Shown piece after piece: positions 1 to 14,787 of a stretch of DNA of 64,000 nucleotides (its first letter is position 1; every line of letters begins with the position of its first letter). The translations under genes and the position numbers were made by a program. Location: positions 17,109,781 through 17,173,780 of the forward strand of contig OZ037767.1 of NCBI GenBank assembly GCA_964035545.1, written 5' to 3'. The notes under the pieces were generated by a model, which worked only from the letters and a program-made list of their open reading frames with translations, was not told the DNA's origin and ran no database searches. The stretch comes from Bugula neritina. Lineage: Eukaryota > Animalia > Bryozoa.

Positions 1-119
1 ATTTGAAAATTTCTTCTTTCAAATGTTTAAAACATGTCCAGAGTGTGATAGAAAATGAATATAGAAGCCTCAGAACAAAATAACTGGAGCTTTCACTTGT
101 ATGACTATAATCTGCTTAC

Positions 120-3100
120 ACTGTCTGGCATGAAGGCATGTAGAGTCCGGTTTCATAGAGAGTCTGTGAAGTCTGCGGGTGGTCCCCTCACCCCCGAGTA
201 TAAAGATGTCACCAGAACAGCAGGCTACGTCTATTATGGGTAGTGTTAATCTGAAAGACAGAGCAAGTCTATAAAACATAGCCAAGGGAGATGATTGCCA
301 AACATACACTTATGTGAATTCTGGGAACGAAAGTTCAAAGTTGAACTTTTCATTTCAAATGTCTCGTAGAATGTGACAGAGGAGATAACCTCTGAACCCA
401 CAGGCTGTGTTTTCCTGCTCCATGCTATAGTCTCTTGGTAAAATGTAAACCTCTACCTTGAAAAATGACATATTAACTAAACTTAGATATTTAATACCAA
501 CTTGCATATGCCGAGTAGTTGAGAGTTATCGTCCCTTGATATGTCCACAATTAGAATACTTTTGTCATTCCAAGAGACAAGTGTTGAGTCATTCACAGAT
601 TTAATTATACCAAACTGTGGTATAAAGCCAGCCGCATTCTAACAAATATAATAGCATAGAATATGATATATTACAGCCAATAAAAACAGGGCAGACAACT
701 ACCAGACTGAGTGAACAAATGTGTGTGTTTCGGAAGTTAGGATTAGAAAGAAATGTCTAGATATTAATCACTAAACTGTGGTTTGTCAGAAAAATCACTA
801 TGGCAAACTAAGAGACAAGAGAGAGAAGAATGCCGGGGAGAGAAAGGGGAAAGAAAGGTGAGAAAAGGAGAAAGGGAAGAAGCAAGGGAGAAAGGATGAA
901 GAAATAACGAAAATCCCCCTGGCAGTGTTAAAGGCCGTAAGCTTCCAGGTTATTTATTACATTTGAGCAAAAGTTTGCATGCTTTTCAACTGTTTTATCA
1001 GCATTTTATCCAATTTCTTATACGAAAACACTACAAAAATACAAGTAAAAGTGGTCATATTAGGTGTCTTAGACTTGCCCAGACTTGCCCGCGAGCTTGC
1101 CCTCCGTGTCCTATTCTGACGTGGGGATGGCAAAATAGCCCTATTGTAGCGTGAGTTTATATCGCGTAAAGTTATTAAGAAGCGGGTTTGTCACAGATTC
1201 TCGTTATTCGTAGCTCAAATCATATGAATGTTACTCTTCGGGCGGCTACTAATAACTAACGTTAGCTACGCAACATCAAGAAAGGTAACTAATTTGACTG
1301 TTTTCTAATGGACTATTCCATTTCGCTAGTTTGTAACTTGCTGTAAATCACAAAATAATTATTTTTCCTATTTTAATTTCAATTATCATGTCGACCACAC
1401 TACCAGAAAATTACTCTTAAATATGCAGTTAATGATGATTTTCAACCGTTTTGTGATGAACTATAGGTTAATAGTTGTCTACGTAAAACCAAGTTTTAAA
1501 ATTTGTAATTGAATCAGTGAATCACAGTATGAGTATCACTATGAGTATGACTATCAGTATGAGTATCACTAGTCTATGTCTATGACTCTCACTCTAAGTC
1601 TATGACTATCGCCTATTAATATTGGTGAACTATTATTAATAACATTCAATGGTTATATTTATTAATACCATTATTAGTCATAATGATAATCATATAACAG
1701 TATCACTATCAGTATGTTAATGTTACGGAGCAGGATCAGTTTCGAAACTAATAGTAATAAAGTAATAGTAATACTTGTAATATTAGTTATAACTATAAGT
1801 ATAAGTTATACCGATAGCTATATTAACATAAATATTTATATTCATAGTAATACTAATAGCAAATCTAATATTATTATGTTAATAGTAATACTTGTAAGTT
1901 ATAATATAAAGCAAACGACACAAGTATTAATTTGAACTGTTGGTCTTAAAATAAAAAGTAAAATAAATATAAATAATAAAATATAAATTATAATAATTTA
2001 ATTATACTAATACTAATAGTAATAGTAATACTTATGCAGTAATATATTTATAATAAATTTATAAAACTTAAACAACTTTAGATTTAAGGAACAACTTTAA
2101 ATACAAACATAAAGATAATATTAAATAATTATAATCATAATGATCATAACAATAAATATAATTATGATTCCAATAATTATCAATATATTATATAATATTT
2201 AAATTATTTTAATTTATAATTATAATCATAATTTTTTTAGTTATAGTGAATAAATTCAATTTGACATAATAACTATAGTATTATAAAGCAGTCAGTCTAT
2301 CTCTAATGCTGATTGATATTCAAATTGTTATGACTGTATCATCATTCACTAACTCTAAGAGTGAGTGACTACAATTATTAGACTTAGTATCAATGTTGTG
2401 TTAAGAGTACTATACCCATTGGAATTTTGATATATCCATTATATTTACAACTCTGCCTGTTACAGCTATAAATAAATTGAACCAAAATACCAACAGTGCC
2501 TAATCATCGCCTTATTTATAAAATAATCACAATCATAATGCTCAAGTTAATAGATTGGAAATTATTGAAAATTATGTTGATGCCAATATAAATATGACAT
2601 TGTATGCATCCAAGTAGTGATGTTGTAATATATCTTGGAAGATAATTACATTCTAATAAGAGTTAAATTCCTCTAACTAACTTTTTTTGCAATTATTCCT
2701 TAGAATAACTATAACTTATACTCCTAACATTAGTTTTAGATTGAGCTACTAATTGTATTTATTGCATGTAAAGGTTAGTTATTCTCCATCAGCTGCATGA
2801 ATGCGACTGGTAAATTTTGTAACCTTTGGCAGTAATAACTTTGTAGCATAAATTAGACACATTTTATAAAAATACATAATTTTAATGCTATAGCTGCTAG
2901 TAACTCTAATGGGTGTAATAATATTACTTTCACCAGCATTAATTTTTACTTTGTTCATACTTCATAAAGCATTTTCTAAATTCTTTTTTGAATAAATTTC
3001 TACAATACATATAATGTGCTGAATAAATTACATATGTTGGGGTTCTTCCTATACTGCAGCTCAGCCTACACTCCCGCCACAAATGTTCCTAAACTACTAG

Positions 3101-6100
3101 CTTCATCAGGATGCAGATTGATGGAGCTGTATTGATAAAAACTTTTCTTTTTAGCAGTAGAGGCATCATGAAAAAAAGGTAAGTATTTTACTCAATAAGA
3201 ATGCGGGTTTTTTACTTCTACAAATTTGATAGCCTACACTATTCTATTTAAATGGAGACTGGTCTGACATGTGTCTGCAATTTATTAGTTATAATATAGT
3301 AAATACTATGCGGGCCTATAGATCAAATGGCTCAAAAAAAAATTAAATAAAACATTGCACAACGCTGTATTTATTAGCAATGTGATACTTAGCAACTAAT
3401 TTCACATTATCATTGTTTGCAAAGTTTACATTACATATGTTTGTTCAATTCAGTGTTCTGAAGTAGAAGGTTCCAACAGCAGGGAAAAGCCTTGAACAAG
3501 ATATTATGTTCTACATCTCCAACTCATTTTAACTTTGCTGGTCAGTTCATTGTGTATCTGGAGCATAGTTTTGTATTTTCAAGTAGTCCATCAGATACCT
3601 TTGTAGGTAGTAAAGATTAAAATGTTTGTGCAATGATGTCCATAATGTTGAACTGATTTATTGAAACTAAAACTGTTCTTAATTATAACAAAACTTGACA
3701 ATCTTTACATAAAGAATAATGTCCTATAATCTATCTTCATTGTAAACAAAATTAGAAAGTTCCACATCAGCAAATTGTTTATCATCATCTGTAGGTGGAA
3801 GAAGCTTGCACTCAGTTATAAAGGCAAGCTGACAGTGGTTTTCTTTGCCTTCTATGAAGATTTGGAAAGAGCCAGAAAATTAATACTCTATAACTGCAAA
3901 ACCATGTTGTAGTGTCTTGTGTTATTGATTGAATCATCTAAAAGAAAAATTGTTGTATCATTATAATTTTACTGTTAATGAATAAGCAAATCTACTTATC
4001 TTGGTAAATATATTCAAGAACAAATACTATAGTGTAACTCAGTTTTGGTTATGTGTATGCTCCTTAAGCGAATTTACAGCAGATATCAAACTATATATTA
4101 GAGACTGATATAGGAATTAAATTTAAGCTAACCATGATGATGTAAATAGCTGTTGAATGTGACTTCAAGAACTCTGCTGGCCATGTCAGTTCAAATACAC
4201 CAGGGTGATATGTTACGAATGTCATGTCATTATTGAAATTCAGCTTTTTTAAGTGCCTCTTCACAACTCTGGCAGCATTCTGACTGCTCCTTAGCTTTCT
4301 GCGCCTGAAATTTCTTCTACTTGCACCATTCTTCTATTGGTGGAATGTTAGCCTATAACAAACAGGTGTACCAAAGCTAAAAAATATCTAATTCACTGCA
4401 CTAGGATATTATTCAACTCATTTAAATTTAATATATAGCAGTAAAACAATCACATACTTGTATTTATTTTATCAGCTTTACTTTACAAAGCTGAACCATA
4501 TGATTTAGTAACTTGTCACCATAATAAACATTGTACAACATACAAATTGAAAACCTGATGTGATTGCTTTTTTAATAGAATATACATCACAAACATGTTA
4601 CTTTGATAAGCGTGTTCATAATAAAAGTATTAAACCAGTTTGAAAAAAATTATTTTGTTATGTAATGAATCACAAAACTACATCATTTTAGACCTGTAGC
4701 TCGATGTTCTTCAAGCAACGGGCTGCTATGACTAATTAATTTTTTATCATTGCATTTGATTGTTCTACTCATTGGCGAGTTAAAATTATTGGTAATTTAA
4801 TGTATATTTTAGCTATCTCTGTACAATCAATGTCATAGTAATATCAATTAGGTTTTAAATTTCACTGAGTTTATAGTAAATTATTGCAACTGTTACATAA
4901 CATTTGGCTAATTCTCTAGTTCATTAAATAACCATACGAACTTAATTTTATAACATGACAAAACACACAAAGCAAAATTAAAATAAGCATATTATGAACC
5001 AATGTATTTGATAAGTGATAATGCTGTTGTAAAACATAAATTATCAAATTTAAATAGTTATTATTACTATTAGTATTACTATCATTATAACAACTATAAT
5101 CATTATTACTATTACTATTAGTATTAGCATTAGTAGTAAAATATTAATATGAGTAGAGTTCAACATATACAATCTAGCGTACTATAAAAGTAGAAGTAGA
5201 ACTTCTAAAACTATCATCTGCATCATTAACAGAACTATGAGTAATACTAGTAGTTGTACTAATAGTAATACTAATTATTAATACTAATAGACAATAGTAA
5301 TAGTATCACTATGAGTATGAGACTTGGGCTGGCAGTGATTATCACTATGATAGTGACTATCAGCATCGTCATAGTCAAAAGTTACAAGAATTAGAAGCCA
5401 TATTGATATTCTCATTGAGTTATGCATAGTCATATTCATAGTATTAGTCAATCACTGATTGAGTTAATGTCATAGTGATACTCATACTCATAATTAATTT
5501 ATACGATTACGACACTCATAGTGATAGTCATAGTCATAGTGATAGTGATACTTCTTCGTGAATTTAATAATAATTTAATATTATTATCATTGTTGCTAAT
5601 ATTATCATTTATGTCTTACTCTTAGTCTAACAGCAGCTCTATGAAGAAGTTAAACATAACTGATAAAACAAATTTAAAAAACAATACTGCAACAATCAAT
5701 ATAATGTATATCAATATGCTAGCAACCTAATTTTCAGCTCACTTCATTAACTTTCCGTGCAGTATTGCGATAAAATAAATTTATTAATGGTGACCTTGAC
5801 ATCTTCGTCTAAATGCCTTTCACATCAAGCCCCGAACCAATTTGTAAAAATTTTGGATTTTTTACTTTTAAATATTTTTTACAAAAAGAGCTTCAAAATA
5901 AATTTAAAAAAAAGTGAGCTGTTGTCCACATGAGAGGAAATATATGAGCCAATTTTCTAAATTCTGGAAGTTACCAGAGGGTCACAATATTTTTTTTTAA
6001 AAATCTTTATTTTCACGACAAGCTCTATATATTAATATAGAAAAAAAGAAGACAACTCTTCTTTCAGATTTTTCATGTGCCACGGTCACGTCAATATCAG

Positions 6101-8310
6101 TGCTATTAACACATATATTTTAATTCATTTTTTCTGGTATATTGAGTTGAGATTTTTTTTATATATTTTGTAAATGTAACTAAAAAAGTATGATCTTTCA
6201 ATTAACAGTAATTGATTTTATCAAAATAACCTGGATGCCTACGATGTTTAAGAGAGATGAGAGAGGAACAGGGAAGGAAGAAAAGGAGAAAAGAGGAAGG
6301 AAGAAAAGCGAGAGATAGAAACTAAGCCGGACACCTGAGCAGTTTCACCGGAGAGTTTAATGTTAGGAGTTGTCTCTAGTGTTCCCTTGAAGATATGAGT
6401 CACAGCAACAGCACCAGAGGGCGCTTCACACTTCCACAGCCTCAGGCCAGGTCTAGCAGCGTAAACATACTCGGGGGAGTCGGGACGGGCGTGGAAACAG
6501 CCTCCAAATGTGCCTTGTCTACAGTAACAGAAAAATCTGTCTTAGAAACATTAAATTGATTAGCTCTTCACATGACTTAATACTTGTAAGGCAATGTGTT
6601 GATTGAAGTCTCAACATGAGAAGGCAACTGAAGTAGTGACTCTATTTATATCTTAAAGAGATAACCAATCAGAGCAAAGGAACTGGTCACATGACCAGAG
6701 AATACTCACTGTTTACGAGGTTTAGTGCCGAGTTTAGTGATCTCCCCGGAGCTCAGATGTAGTATAGCAGCAGACAGGGTGGTGGATACCAACAGGAGGG
6801 GAGAACTCAAACTCAGCTGTACCACCGGGTGAGTCTCATTCAACAGCACCGTCTGACTCAACTCAGTCTACAGGAAGTGATGTCATGCAGGAAATGAGTA
6901 CGAGTCATACGAGTGGTTGAGAGTTTAAAAGTGTCTTTTAGTCAAAACAAAAATTCTAAGTCGATATGAAGCTGAATATGTAAAACCCCTGAGAGGGGGA
7001 GTTGAGTGGATGATGCTTCGCAAGTAGCTCTAGACTCACCTTTTTGATCTCTACAGCTGTCACTACTCCACTCTCGTCTCCGACATATACAACACGGTGG
7101 TCAGGTGCAAACTGCAGCGCGGTTATGCACGCATTGCTAACAACTGCAATCTGCAGACAGGATGTAGCCTGAAACATACAGAAATATCAGATAGAAACTC
7201 AAGCATCTTTAGTCAGTTGTAATATAAAACATTTGAATAATTTATCTTTGGGGAATAAACCAGTCTATTCAGTTTCGCTAAGTCTGTATGAAGTAAAGAT
7301 ATACAAGAAATTTTTAAAAAGAACAATTTAGAAAAACATAATAAATAACTTTAGACAATTTCGCTCTCATGTAAGATAATATTATATATATTATTCATCA
7401 TAATGAGAGTAGACAACTCCCACATTCTACAGTAATACTATAAGTATAGGCAACCAGACAGACAGACAGACACACATGATAATAATATAGATCATATAAT
7501 AAAAACCTTAATATAGCTCTCAGGACTGTCAACATGCAGACGTGAGTAGAAGATCTGCCCTGATTGGCTGCCGACTGCCACATGATAATCTCTACCTTCT
7601 GATTGGCTGCCTTTAACGGTATTCTTACTGCCTGATTGGTCACTTTGAGACCTGTCTTTTGATAGGCTGATCTTCGTGAGGTTTTCACTCTTATTCTGAA
7701 CAGAATTTTACACGCTTTAAAAAACGTTGCATTTAAAACATACTTTGATATCAGCAGACAATCATTATAAATAGCTCGTGAACTTACACCACACTTAATT
7801 TTCAGAATGAGGCTGCGTCTTCTCCTGTCAATAATATAGACGACGGCCATATTGCTTCCTACAGCCAGCCAGTCCTCGCAGACGTCCAGAGAAGTTATTA
7901 GAATGTCTTGAGTTCCCAGAGAGATGATTCTCTGACCTGCATTCAATAGCAGACGTCATATGAATGCTCAAACTAGCTGAACTAGTAAACACTCAGTATG
8001 AGTCGAGAAATCAATTTCTTCAATAGACAGGTTTTTTAAAGGGAAATTTTCAACTCGGTTTGAGCCAGGAAACTAGTTTAAAATGCTTCTTCAACTGATA
8101 GGAGAAAATTCAATTTACACAAAATAAAATGTTTAGTGAACTACGAAACCAAATTTTGGGTAAACATACCATTCACCAGCAGTTTAAGGTAACTATATAT
8201 AAATTAGGAGGTCAAAGGGTTAACTGTTCACCTTTGTCAGGAATGAGATAGAGGAGATGAGACAGGGAGTCCCATTCTTTGTAACGGGGAGATGTCTGAG
8301 GGTCATCCAT
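120..8310 (-). CDS. TECPR2: TECPR2-like (TECPR2/HPS5 family) N-terminal WD40 beta-propeller; partial, continues off the left edge
   Basis: Phase-consistent GT-AG exons: 8232-8310 (MDDPQTSPRYKEWDSLSHLLYLIPDK), 7788-7936 (ITSLDVCEDWLAVGSN), 7507-7695 (HVAVGSQSGQIF), 7040-7168 (ITALQFAPDHRVVYVGDESG), 6710-6867 (VVQLSLSSPLLLVST...LGTKPRK), 6335-6518 (GTFGGCF...YAARPGLRLWK), 502-638 (LVSWNDKSILIVD), 120-250 (IIDVACCSGDIFIL). Motifs IPxK, GTxPRK and RPGLRLWK fit TECPR2 better than HPS5. Confidence 0.85.
932..6247. mobile_element. Decayed Kolobok-like DNA transposon (TTAA TSD, short imperfect TIRs) in TECPR2 intron
   Basis: TTAA at 928-931 and 6248-6251; left end aggccgtaagcttccaggttattt vs reverse complement of right end acatcgtaggcatccaggttattt (19/24); sits between GA-rich tracts on both sides (810-910, 6252-6320); internal degenerate exons. 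Confidence 0.6.
3720..4352 (-). pseudogene. Degenerate Cys-rich exons resembling KolX (Kolobok second ORF, related to the P2X7 intracellular ballast domain)
   Basis: Exon-like segments 4133-4352 (EEWCK*KKFQ...ECCQSCEE...FVTYHPGVF...RVLEVTFNSYLHHH, with frameshifts and stops) and ~3720-3893 (YRVLISGSFQIFIEGKENHCQL...), with AG acceptors; loosely follow the WCxC..CC..HPGF..VL..Y..YR pattern. Confidence 0.35.
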
Positions 8311-9699
8311 GTTTTCAGTGGCAGGTGAAAGATGAAAAGCTGCTCATCTTTAACTGCATCAACAAACTTAATGGTCAAATTTGAATTTTAGTAAATTATT
8401 CACAATGATAATAATTATTATCATAGTTTTTAGAGGAGTATGAATGGTGGTTATTATTCATGTTTTAGCAACCTCAAAGAGTCAGAGTAAGACTGATTAA
8501 TAACAAGTATTACTATTACTGTTAGTCTTACTGTTTAGGATTTACCAATTATAAAGATTACTTATCACTATAATAGGCATTGTAAATTTCTTTTATAAAT
8601 TATAAGTATTGTTATTGTATAGTTATAAGGCTATACCTAATAGTGATAGTAATACTATTAGTCCAGCACTCATAATCATAATGATAATCATTGATTAAAT
8701 TTAATGTAAAGCCAAATGTATAAACTTACAAAATCATGTAAAGTATTCATATAAGTATTCTAATGCCCTAATGGTAATACTTATATTATACATATATTTA
8801 TATTGCATATATAAGTATAACTATAAGTATTATTGAGTATATATAAGTATAAGTATAACTACATGGTAAGTAATATTATTTAGTATACTGTAACTTTAAG
8901 ACTATCATTAAGTCAAAGTGTATATTGGTGTTCATGCTGACACTGATACTCAGGATGATAATGAAACTTGAAAGCAACTGATATGTCAATCACAATGTAA
9001 ATGTGAAATTCAAATTGAAAATGAATGCAAACTTAGTGATCATGATAGTGATAGTGTTAGTAATGAGCAAATCATAATACTAATGCCAATGGTAATACCC
9101 AAATAGTAAAACTAATTGTAATGACTAATTGCCAATTGGGCTTAGTACTACAACTACTACTAATACTATGATCTATCATTATGAGCATGACTATGAGGGT
9201 GACTGTCATAGTTGCTGTTAGAGCATGGCATTATCATTATGATTATCCCATTGTGATACTGATTGACTCAATCATTGACTCATACTCATAGTCATTATTA
9301 TTGAGTATGACAACGCTTACTCTAACTCTTACAGTTACCCTTACAGTTACTGATAGTGTTACTCTTGGTCTTAGAGTTAGTCTAAGCCTTACTCTTACTC
9401 ATAGACTTACTCTTACTCTTAGAGTTGGTATCACACCAGTTTCAGCTTGACTTTGAGTTTCACTTTGTCTTTAAATAGTTTCAAACTACAGTAACTAATC
9501 TTTGAATTTAATGCTAAAACCAACAAATAAAAACATTGCCTAAGTTTATCGACATTTTAACATAGCAGAAAGTGAAAACATAATCGACTAATATATAACA
9601 ATTATAATAAATATTTTAATGTAAATTATTAATTATTGCTACAAACACTGATAGTGATATCATATTATGATATCAGCAGTGGTATCAAAGGTAAATAAA

Positions 9700-9990
9700 T
9701 GCAGAAATGAGGGTGCACTAAATAACGAGTAAAGCTATTACCTCACGCATATTTCAAATCAAAAACTTTTTCAGCTATGTCATGAACATTTATCACGAGT
9801 GATTTTTATAAAGAGGACAACTCTTAGAGTACTTTTGACTCAATTTTTCCAAAATTATTTCACTCGTGCAGTTTGTTTCATTGATGATCAGGTAACTTGA
9901 GTGTTTTTACCACTCTCCTGGTTTACAATATTTCACTCAGACTTTAGCTAATTTTCACACAATACCCACACTCGTAAGTTTCGAAGCAGT
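9700..9990. promoter_or_regulatory. Possible bidirectional promoter / non-coding first exons shared by TECPR2 (-) and the PA-GPCR (+)
   Basis: CpG-richer patch between divergently oriented genes; minus-strand donor gag|gtaata near 9740 and plus-strand donors cag|gtaact (~9891) and ctc|gtaagt (~9974). Confidence 0.3.
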
Positions 9991-10137
9991 GTTTTAAGCG
10001 TTATAAATTGTAAATAAAAGTTATATGTTTGCTATTGGCAACACAATTATAATATAATATTCTTGCTTCACAACAACAGCAATGCAATATACCTGAGGTT
10101 GAATAACTAAATAATGTCACCATATTAGTATACTATT

Positions 10138-10468
10138 ATTATGTATTATGTATTATACATTATATACTATATACATGTATACTATGTATTATATAGTATG
10201 TATTATGTACTATGTATTATATATTATGTATTCTATACTATATGCTGTGTATTATATACTATATATTATATACTATGTATTATGTACTATGTATTATTAT
10301 ATAGTATGTATTTTGTACTATGTATTATATAGTATGTATTATGTACTATGTATTATATATTATGTATTCTATACTATATGCTGTGTATTATATACTATAT
10401 ATTATATACTATGTATTATGTACTATGTATTATTATATAGTATGTATTTTGTACTATGTATTATATAC
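10138..10468. repeat. AT-rich low-complexity repeat with a ~136-bp higher-order duplication
   Basis: tatgta/tactat-type units; the block starting ~10198 recurs at ~10334. Confidence 0.85.
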
Positions 10469-12170
10469 TAGAACCTTAGTAATAGAGTCATATCAAAGTC
10501 AATTTGTAACTAGGTAAGTTTTCTAAAGAATTTTTTTAAGAAAGTATTTGCTGAGATACCTATTAACATGTAAAAATTACAATTCAACCAGTTGAATCCT
10601 ATCTTTTCTTTCACAATTTTGAGTAAAACCTGGCCAACAAATGGCCTTTTGTCAATGGAAATAATTGAGCCCCTGAAAATACACTTAGTCAGTATGACGC
10701 AGCTGAGTCAATCAAACTACTATAAACTATTATAACTGGTAATCCAATTACTCAATTCTGATTGGCTGTCAATTTTACAATCAAACTTTAGCAGTTTTGA
10801 GATGTCAATCATCAAGCACGTGGTCCCTAGAACTGCAATTTTCAATTTATTTTCTAACTACATTTGAAATAAGTGTACTTAAATTATTAGTTATCAATGA
10901 GCCCACGCTTGTAGCTTACGTGTGTATACAATATACAACCAACAATGGATAGTATACCAAAGTGTCTGCACTGTGTGACGTGAAAAGGCAATTCCTAAGG
11001 AATAAGGGCACTGCAACTGACTAGCACCTGCTAATCACTGCTTATATAACCAGGGCTTCTCTGCTGACATTATCAAAACTCCATTCATCTTCTGACAGGC
11101 GGTGCAGGTGCTCCATGGTGCTGCCTGCTCTTGTTGGCTAATATTAGAACCTGCAGCCATAGTGACTACTACTGCTGCCACTACTGCTGCCGAAGTGAAG
11201 TGAGAGACAGCTGAGTCTAACTGTAAGTATAGATGTGCCTTCATTTGTGCTTCATTTGTGTTTCACTTACCTCCATAAACAGAAGTAAGTATATGGAAGT
11301 AACTTTTACTAAACTTACATTCACTGTATTATATCATTTGATATATATTTTTTAATGTATATTATTTTATTATATACACTTTGATTATATATATATACAT
11401 TAAGCAACATTATACCATGCATTACATACTATAATATATAATATCATATGTATTATATCCTATATGCATTATATATTATACAACTAAATTATACAAACTT
11501 ACATTCACTGTATTTTACTGTATGTTCACTGTATTATATCATTTAATATATATTATTTGATTTATTTTATTATATACACTTTGATTATATATATACATTG
11601 CAACAATACACTATGTATTCTATATTTATATTATGTATCTTATGCTAATACTATGTATTATACACTATTTATTATATAGCATATAATGTATTATATATTA
11701 GAACAGTAGTAATCAAGTCATAATAAAGGCAAGTTGTAATTAGATGAGAAAATTTGCTGACATGCCTATTAAAGCTGACTATAGCAAGTAAACAAGCTGC
11801 TGTTTAGCCAAAGAACTTTAGAATATAAGCTAAAGTATGGGCATATGAATACCCCACCCTCAATACAACCTGCTCTGGGAGGGAATTGGCTATGAATTCT
11901 GTAATAATTAAACTGGAGATATTTCTGTATACATGAGGACTCTTTACATCTAATCTAATCTGGTTCTGTTTCATCTATATATATATATATATAATGTGTT
12001 GGTAGTCTCTGTTCTCTAATATATCAGTCGCTGTAGTAGAAGTCAGGCTAGCAAATGGTCACATGTTTACTCAACATGGAGCTAAGGCTAGGATTAATAA
12101 ACAAGGCTGTATGACTATTCTAATTTTGTATTATATGTTATAGCTTATTATACTGTCATCTATATTGCTA

Positions 12171-12918
12171 TGTAATACTGTGTAATATAATGTAATACTA
12201 TGTAATATAATGTAATACTATGTAATATAATGTAATACTGCGTAATATAATGTAATACTGTGTAATATAATGTAATACTATGTAATATAATGTAATACTA
12301 TGTAATATAATGTAATACTGCGTAATATAATGTAATACTGCGTAATATAATGTAATACTGTGTAATATAATGTAATACTATGTAATATAATGTAATACTA
12401 TGTAATATAATTTAATACTGTGTAATATAATGTAATATTGTGTAATATAATTTAATACTGTGTAATATAATGTAATACTGCGTAATATAATGTAATACTG
12501 TGTAATATAATGTAATACTGTGTAATATAATGTAATACTATGTAATATAATGTAATACTATGTAATATAATGTAATACTGCGTAATATAATGTAATACTG
12601 CGTAATATAATGTAATACTGCGTAATATAATGTAATACTATGTAATATAATGTAATACTATGTAATATAATTTAATACTGTGTAATATAATGTAATACTG
12701 TGTAATATAATTTAATACTGTGTAATATAATGTAATACTGTGTAATATAATGTAATACTGTGTAATATAATGTAATACTGTGTAATATAATGTAATACTG
12801 TGTAATATAATGTAATACTGTGTAATATAATGTAATACTGTGTATAATATAATGTAATACTGTGTATAATATAATGTAATACTGTGTAATATAATGTAAT
12901 ACTGTGTATAATATAATG
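12171..12918. repeat. 20-bp minisatellite (tgtaatataatgtaatactg), ~37 copies
   Basis: Direct reading of tandem units. Confidence 0.95.
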
Positions 12919-14255
12919 CAATATTATATAATCCCATATATACGCCATGTTCTACAATGTTATTGTGACTAGCACACTTCAACTGTCCCACTATACAGAA
13001 AGTGATGTTTCTTATGTAACCTGCAACTCCCTTATCTGTATGTTGAACTGTATGTGTTTTAGAATCTAATATATAATCATCCATGGCAACATCTACCTTG
13101 TGGTAATCTGTTGAAGATTGGCACATTAGTTCTTATTTGATGTAAGTATTCACCTACATATTATATATTAGGCTATATATTATTATATTATATTGTTAAT
13201 ATAATATTTTTATATTATTATTATTATTATATAATCGTTATATTATTCCGATATTGTATTATTATATTTTATCACACTATTCTATATTATATCATTATTT
13301 TGAAAACTATTAAAACATAACGAAAAGAAAAGCAGCAAAAATTTTTGATAAAATTTGCAGTTTGAAAAGAAGCTTCTAGAATAAAAATAGTTACAGATAA
13401 ATGCATAGACTATAAGTGATATTATCTGTATAAATAATATAATGGTAAGGCTCTAAGCTATATTGCACGCATAAGATTATATATAAACACGCACGGTATA
13501 TATTATAAATGCCAATATAATATATAATTTAAAATGCTAGTTATTTAATTTTCTACAATACTAACTACAAGAGTTGTAATGAGGAAATAATGATGACAGG
13601 CAGCTGCTAGCAGAAACTGTAAACAACATTATAATTATATGGTAACATGACATATTGATAACAAAACACTTTATGGTTGATGGTAAAGATATAAAACAGA
13701 GGGTCACAATTGCCATACATCATAACATATAAAAATACTTTAAAACAACTTATTCTATCAGGGGTTTTTACAGGGGTGGTGACTATAAACTTGTGTGAAT
13801 TTTATTACATATAAAAATATAATTAACTATAAAACTAAGATAGCTTTATGCATGTAATAGTAATTCATATAGCTATTGACTCATATTAACTAATGCCAGC
13901 ATATTCTAAGATTGGAAAAGTTTAGACTTAGATCTGCCATTCTACATAGCTATAGACTGTGATCTTAAGTCAGTCTCCACATATTTCTAGTCTTAGTTTT
14001 ACTTTCAGTTTGCTGGCTTTATTTGAATATTTGCTTTTGTCTATAAGCTTACAACTTCTTCTATGATGAGCATTATGAAAGTTCTTTAGTAGAGTGACCT
14101 CTGACCTCAATTAGCCGTAATAATCATAATTACTTCAAGTGAACGTGTTTTGCATAATTTTCAGTGCATTCCTCCATTCTACTCAACAACCGCTTCGGAT
14201 CACATTATTCTGTTAAGTATTGGTTTTACCTCAGGTTTTTGAGAGCACAAGCTTG

Positions 14256-14458
14256 CTACTTGTCACATCACTACTTTATGGTAATGTCACACACTTGCTA
14301 GTTGTCACATCATCACTACTTTATGGTAATGTCACACACTTGCTATTTGTGTGTCACATCATCACTACTTTATGGTAATGTCACACACTTGCTATTTGTG
14401 TGTCACATCATCACTACTTTATGGTAATGTCACACACTTGCTAGTTGTCACATCATTA
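14256..14458. repeat. 45-49-bp tandem repeat, ~4.5 copies
   Basis: gtaatgtcacacacttgcta...catcactactttatg recurs at 14281, 14326, 14375, 14424. Confidence 0.9.
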
Positions 14459-14787
14459 CTATATTATAGTGCCGTTGCTACTATATGGTAAGGCTCATTA
14501 TATGCATAAGATAGAGTGACATTATTTGAAGGTAGAGCTAGTGGGTTAGTTTTTAGATAAATATAGAATCTGTGGTTTGGCTTAGAGAACCAACAAGTGC
14601 AGGGGAGTGTGGTTACAGTGACAGCAACAGCTAGTAGTATAATTATAGTAGAGTACATTGTATACGTGTGCAGAGGAAGTGTGGTTACAGTGACAGCAAC
14701 AGCTAGTATCCTATAGTAGCATGCATTGTGTACAAGTTATTGGAGTGTTGAATATTTTATCACATTGACAGGCCAAAACTCTACTGT

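Noticed and set aside
310-457. Possible extra TECPR2 exon (RFTFYQETIAW...)
   Set aside because: Exon 502-638 splices in phase directly to 120-250 and supplies the expected homologous segment; this stretch shows no family resemblance.
8205-8223. piggyBac-like end (aaagggttaa)
   Set aside because: No partner ttaaccc terminus found nearby.
11035-11244. 69-aa minus-strand ORF
   Set aside because: Low-complexity Ala/Val content, no recognisable domain or linked coding exons; may be UTR sequence.
10141-13126. Tyr/Ile-rich ORFs at 10141-10517 and 12638-13126 (also 18806, 25022, 27117, and 15290 poly-Trp)
   Set aside because: Artefacts of simple or tandem repeats.
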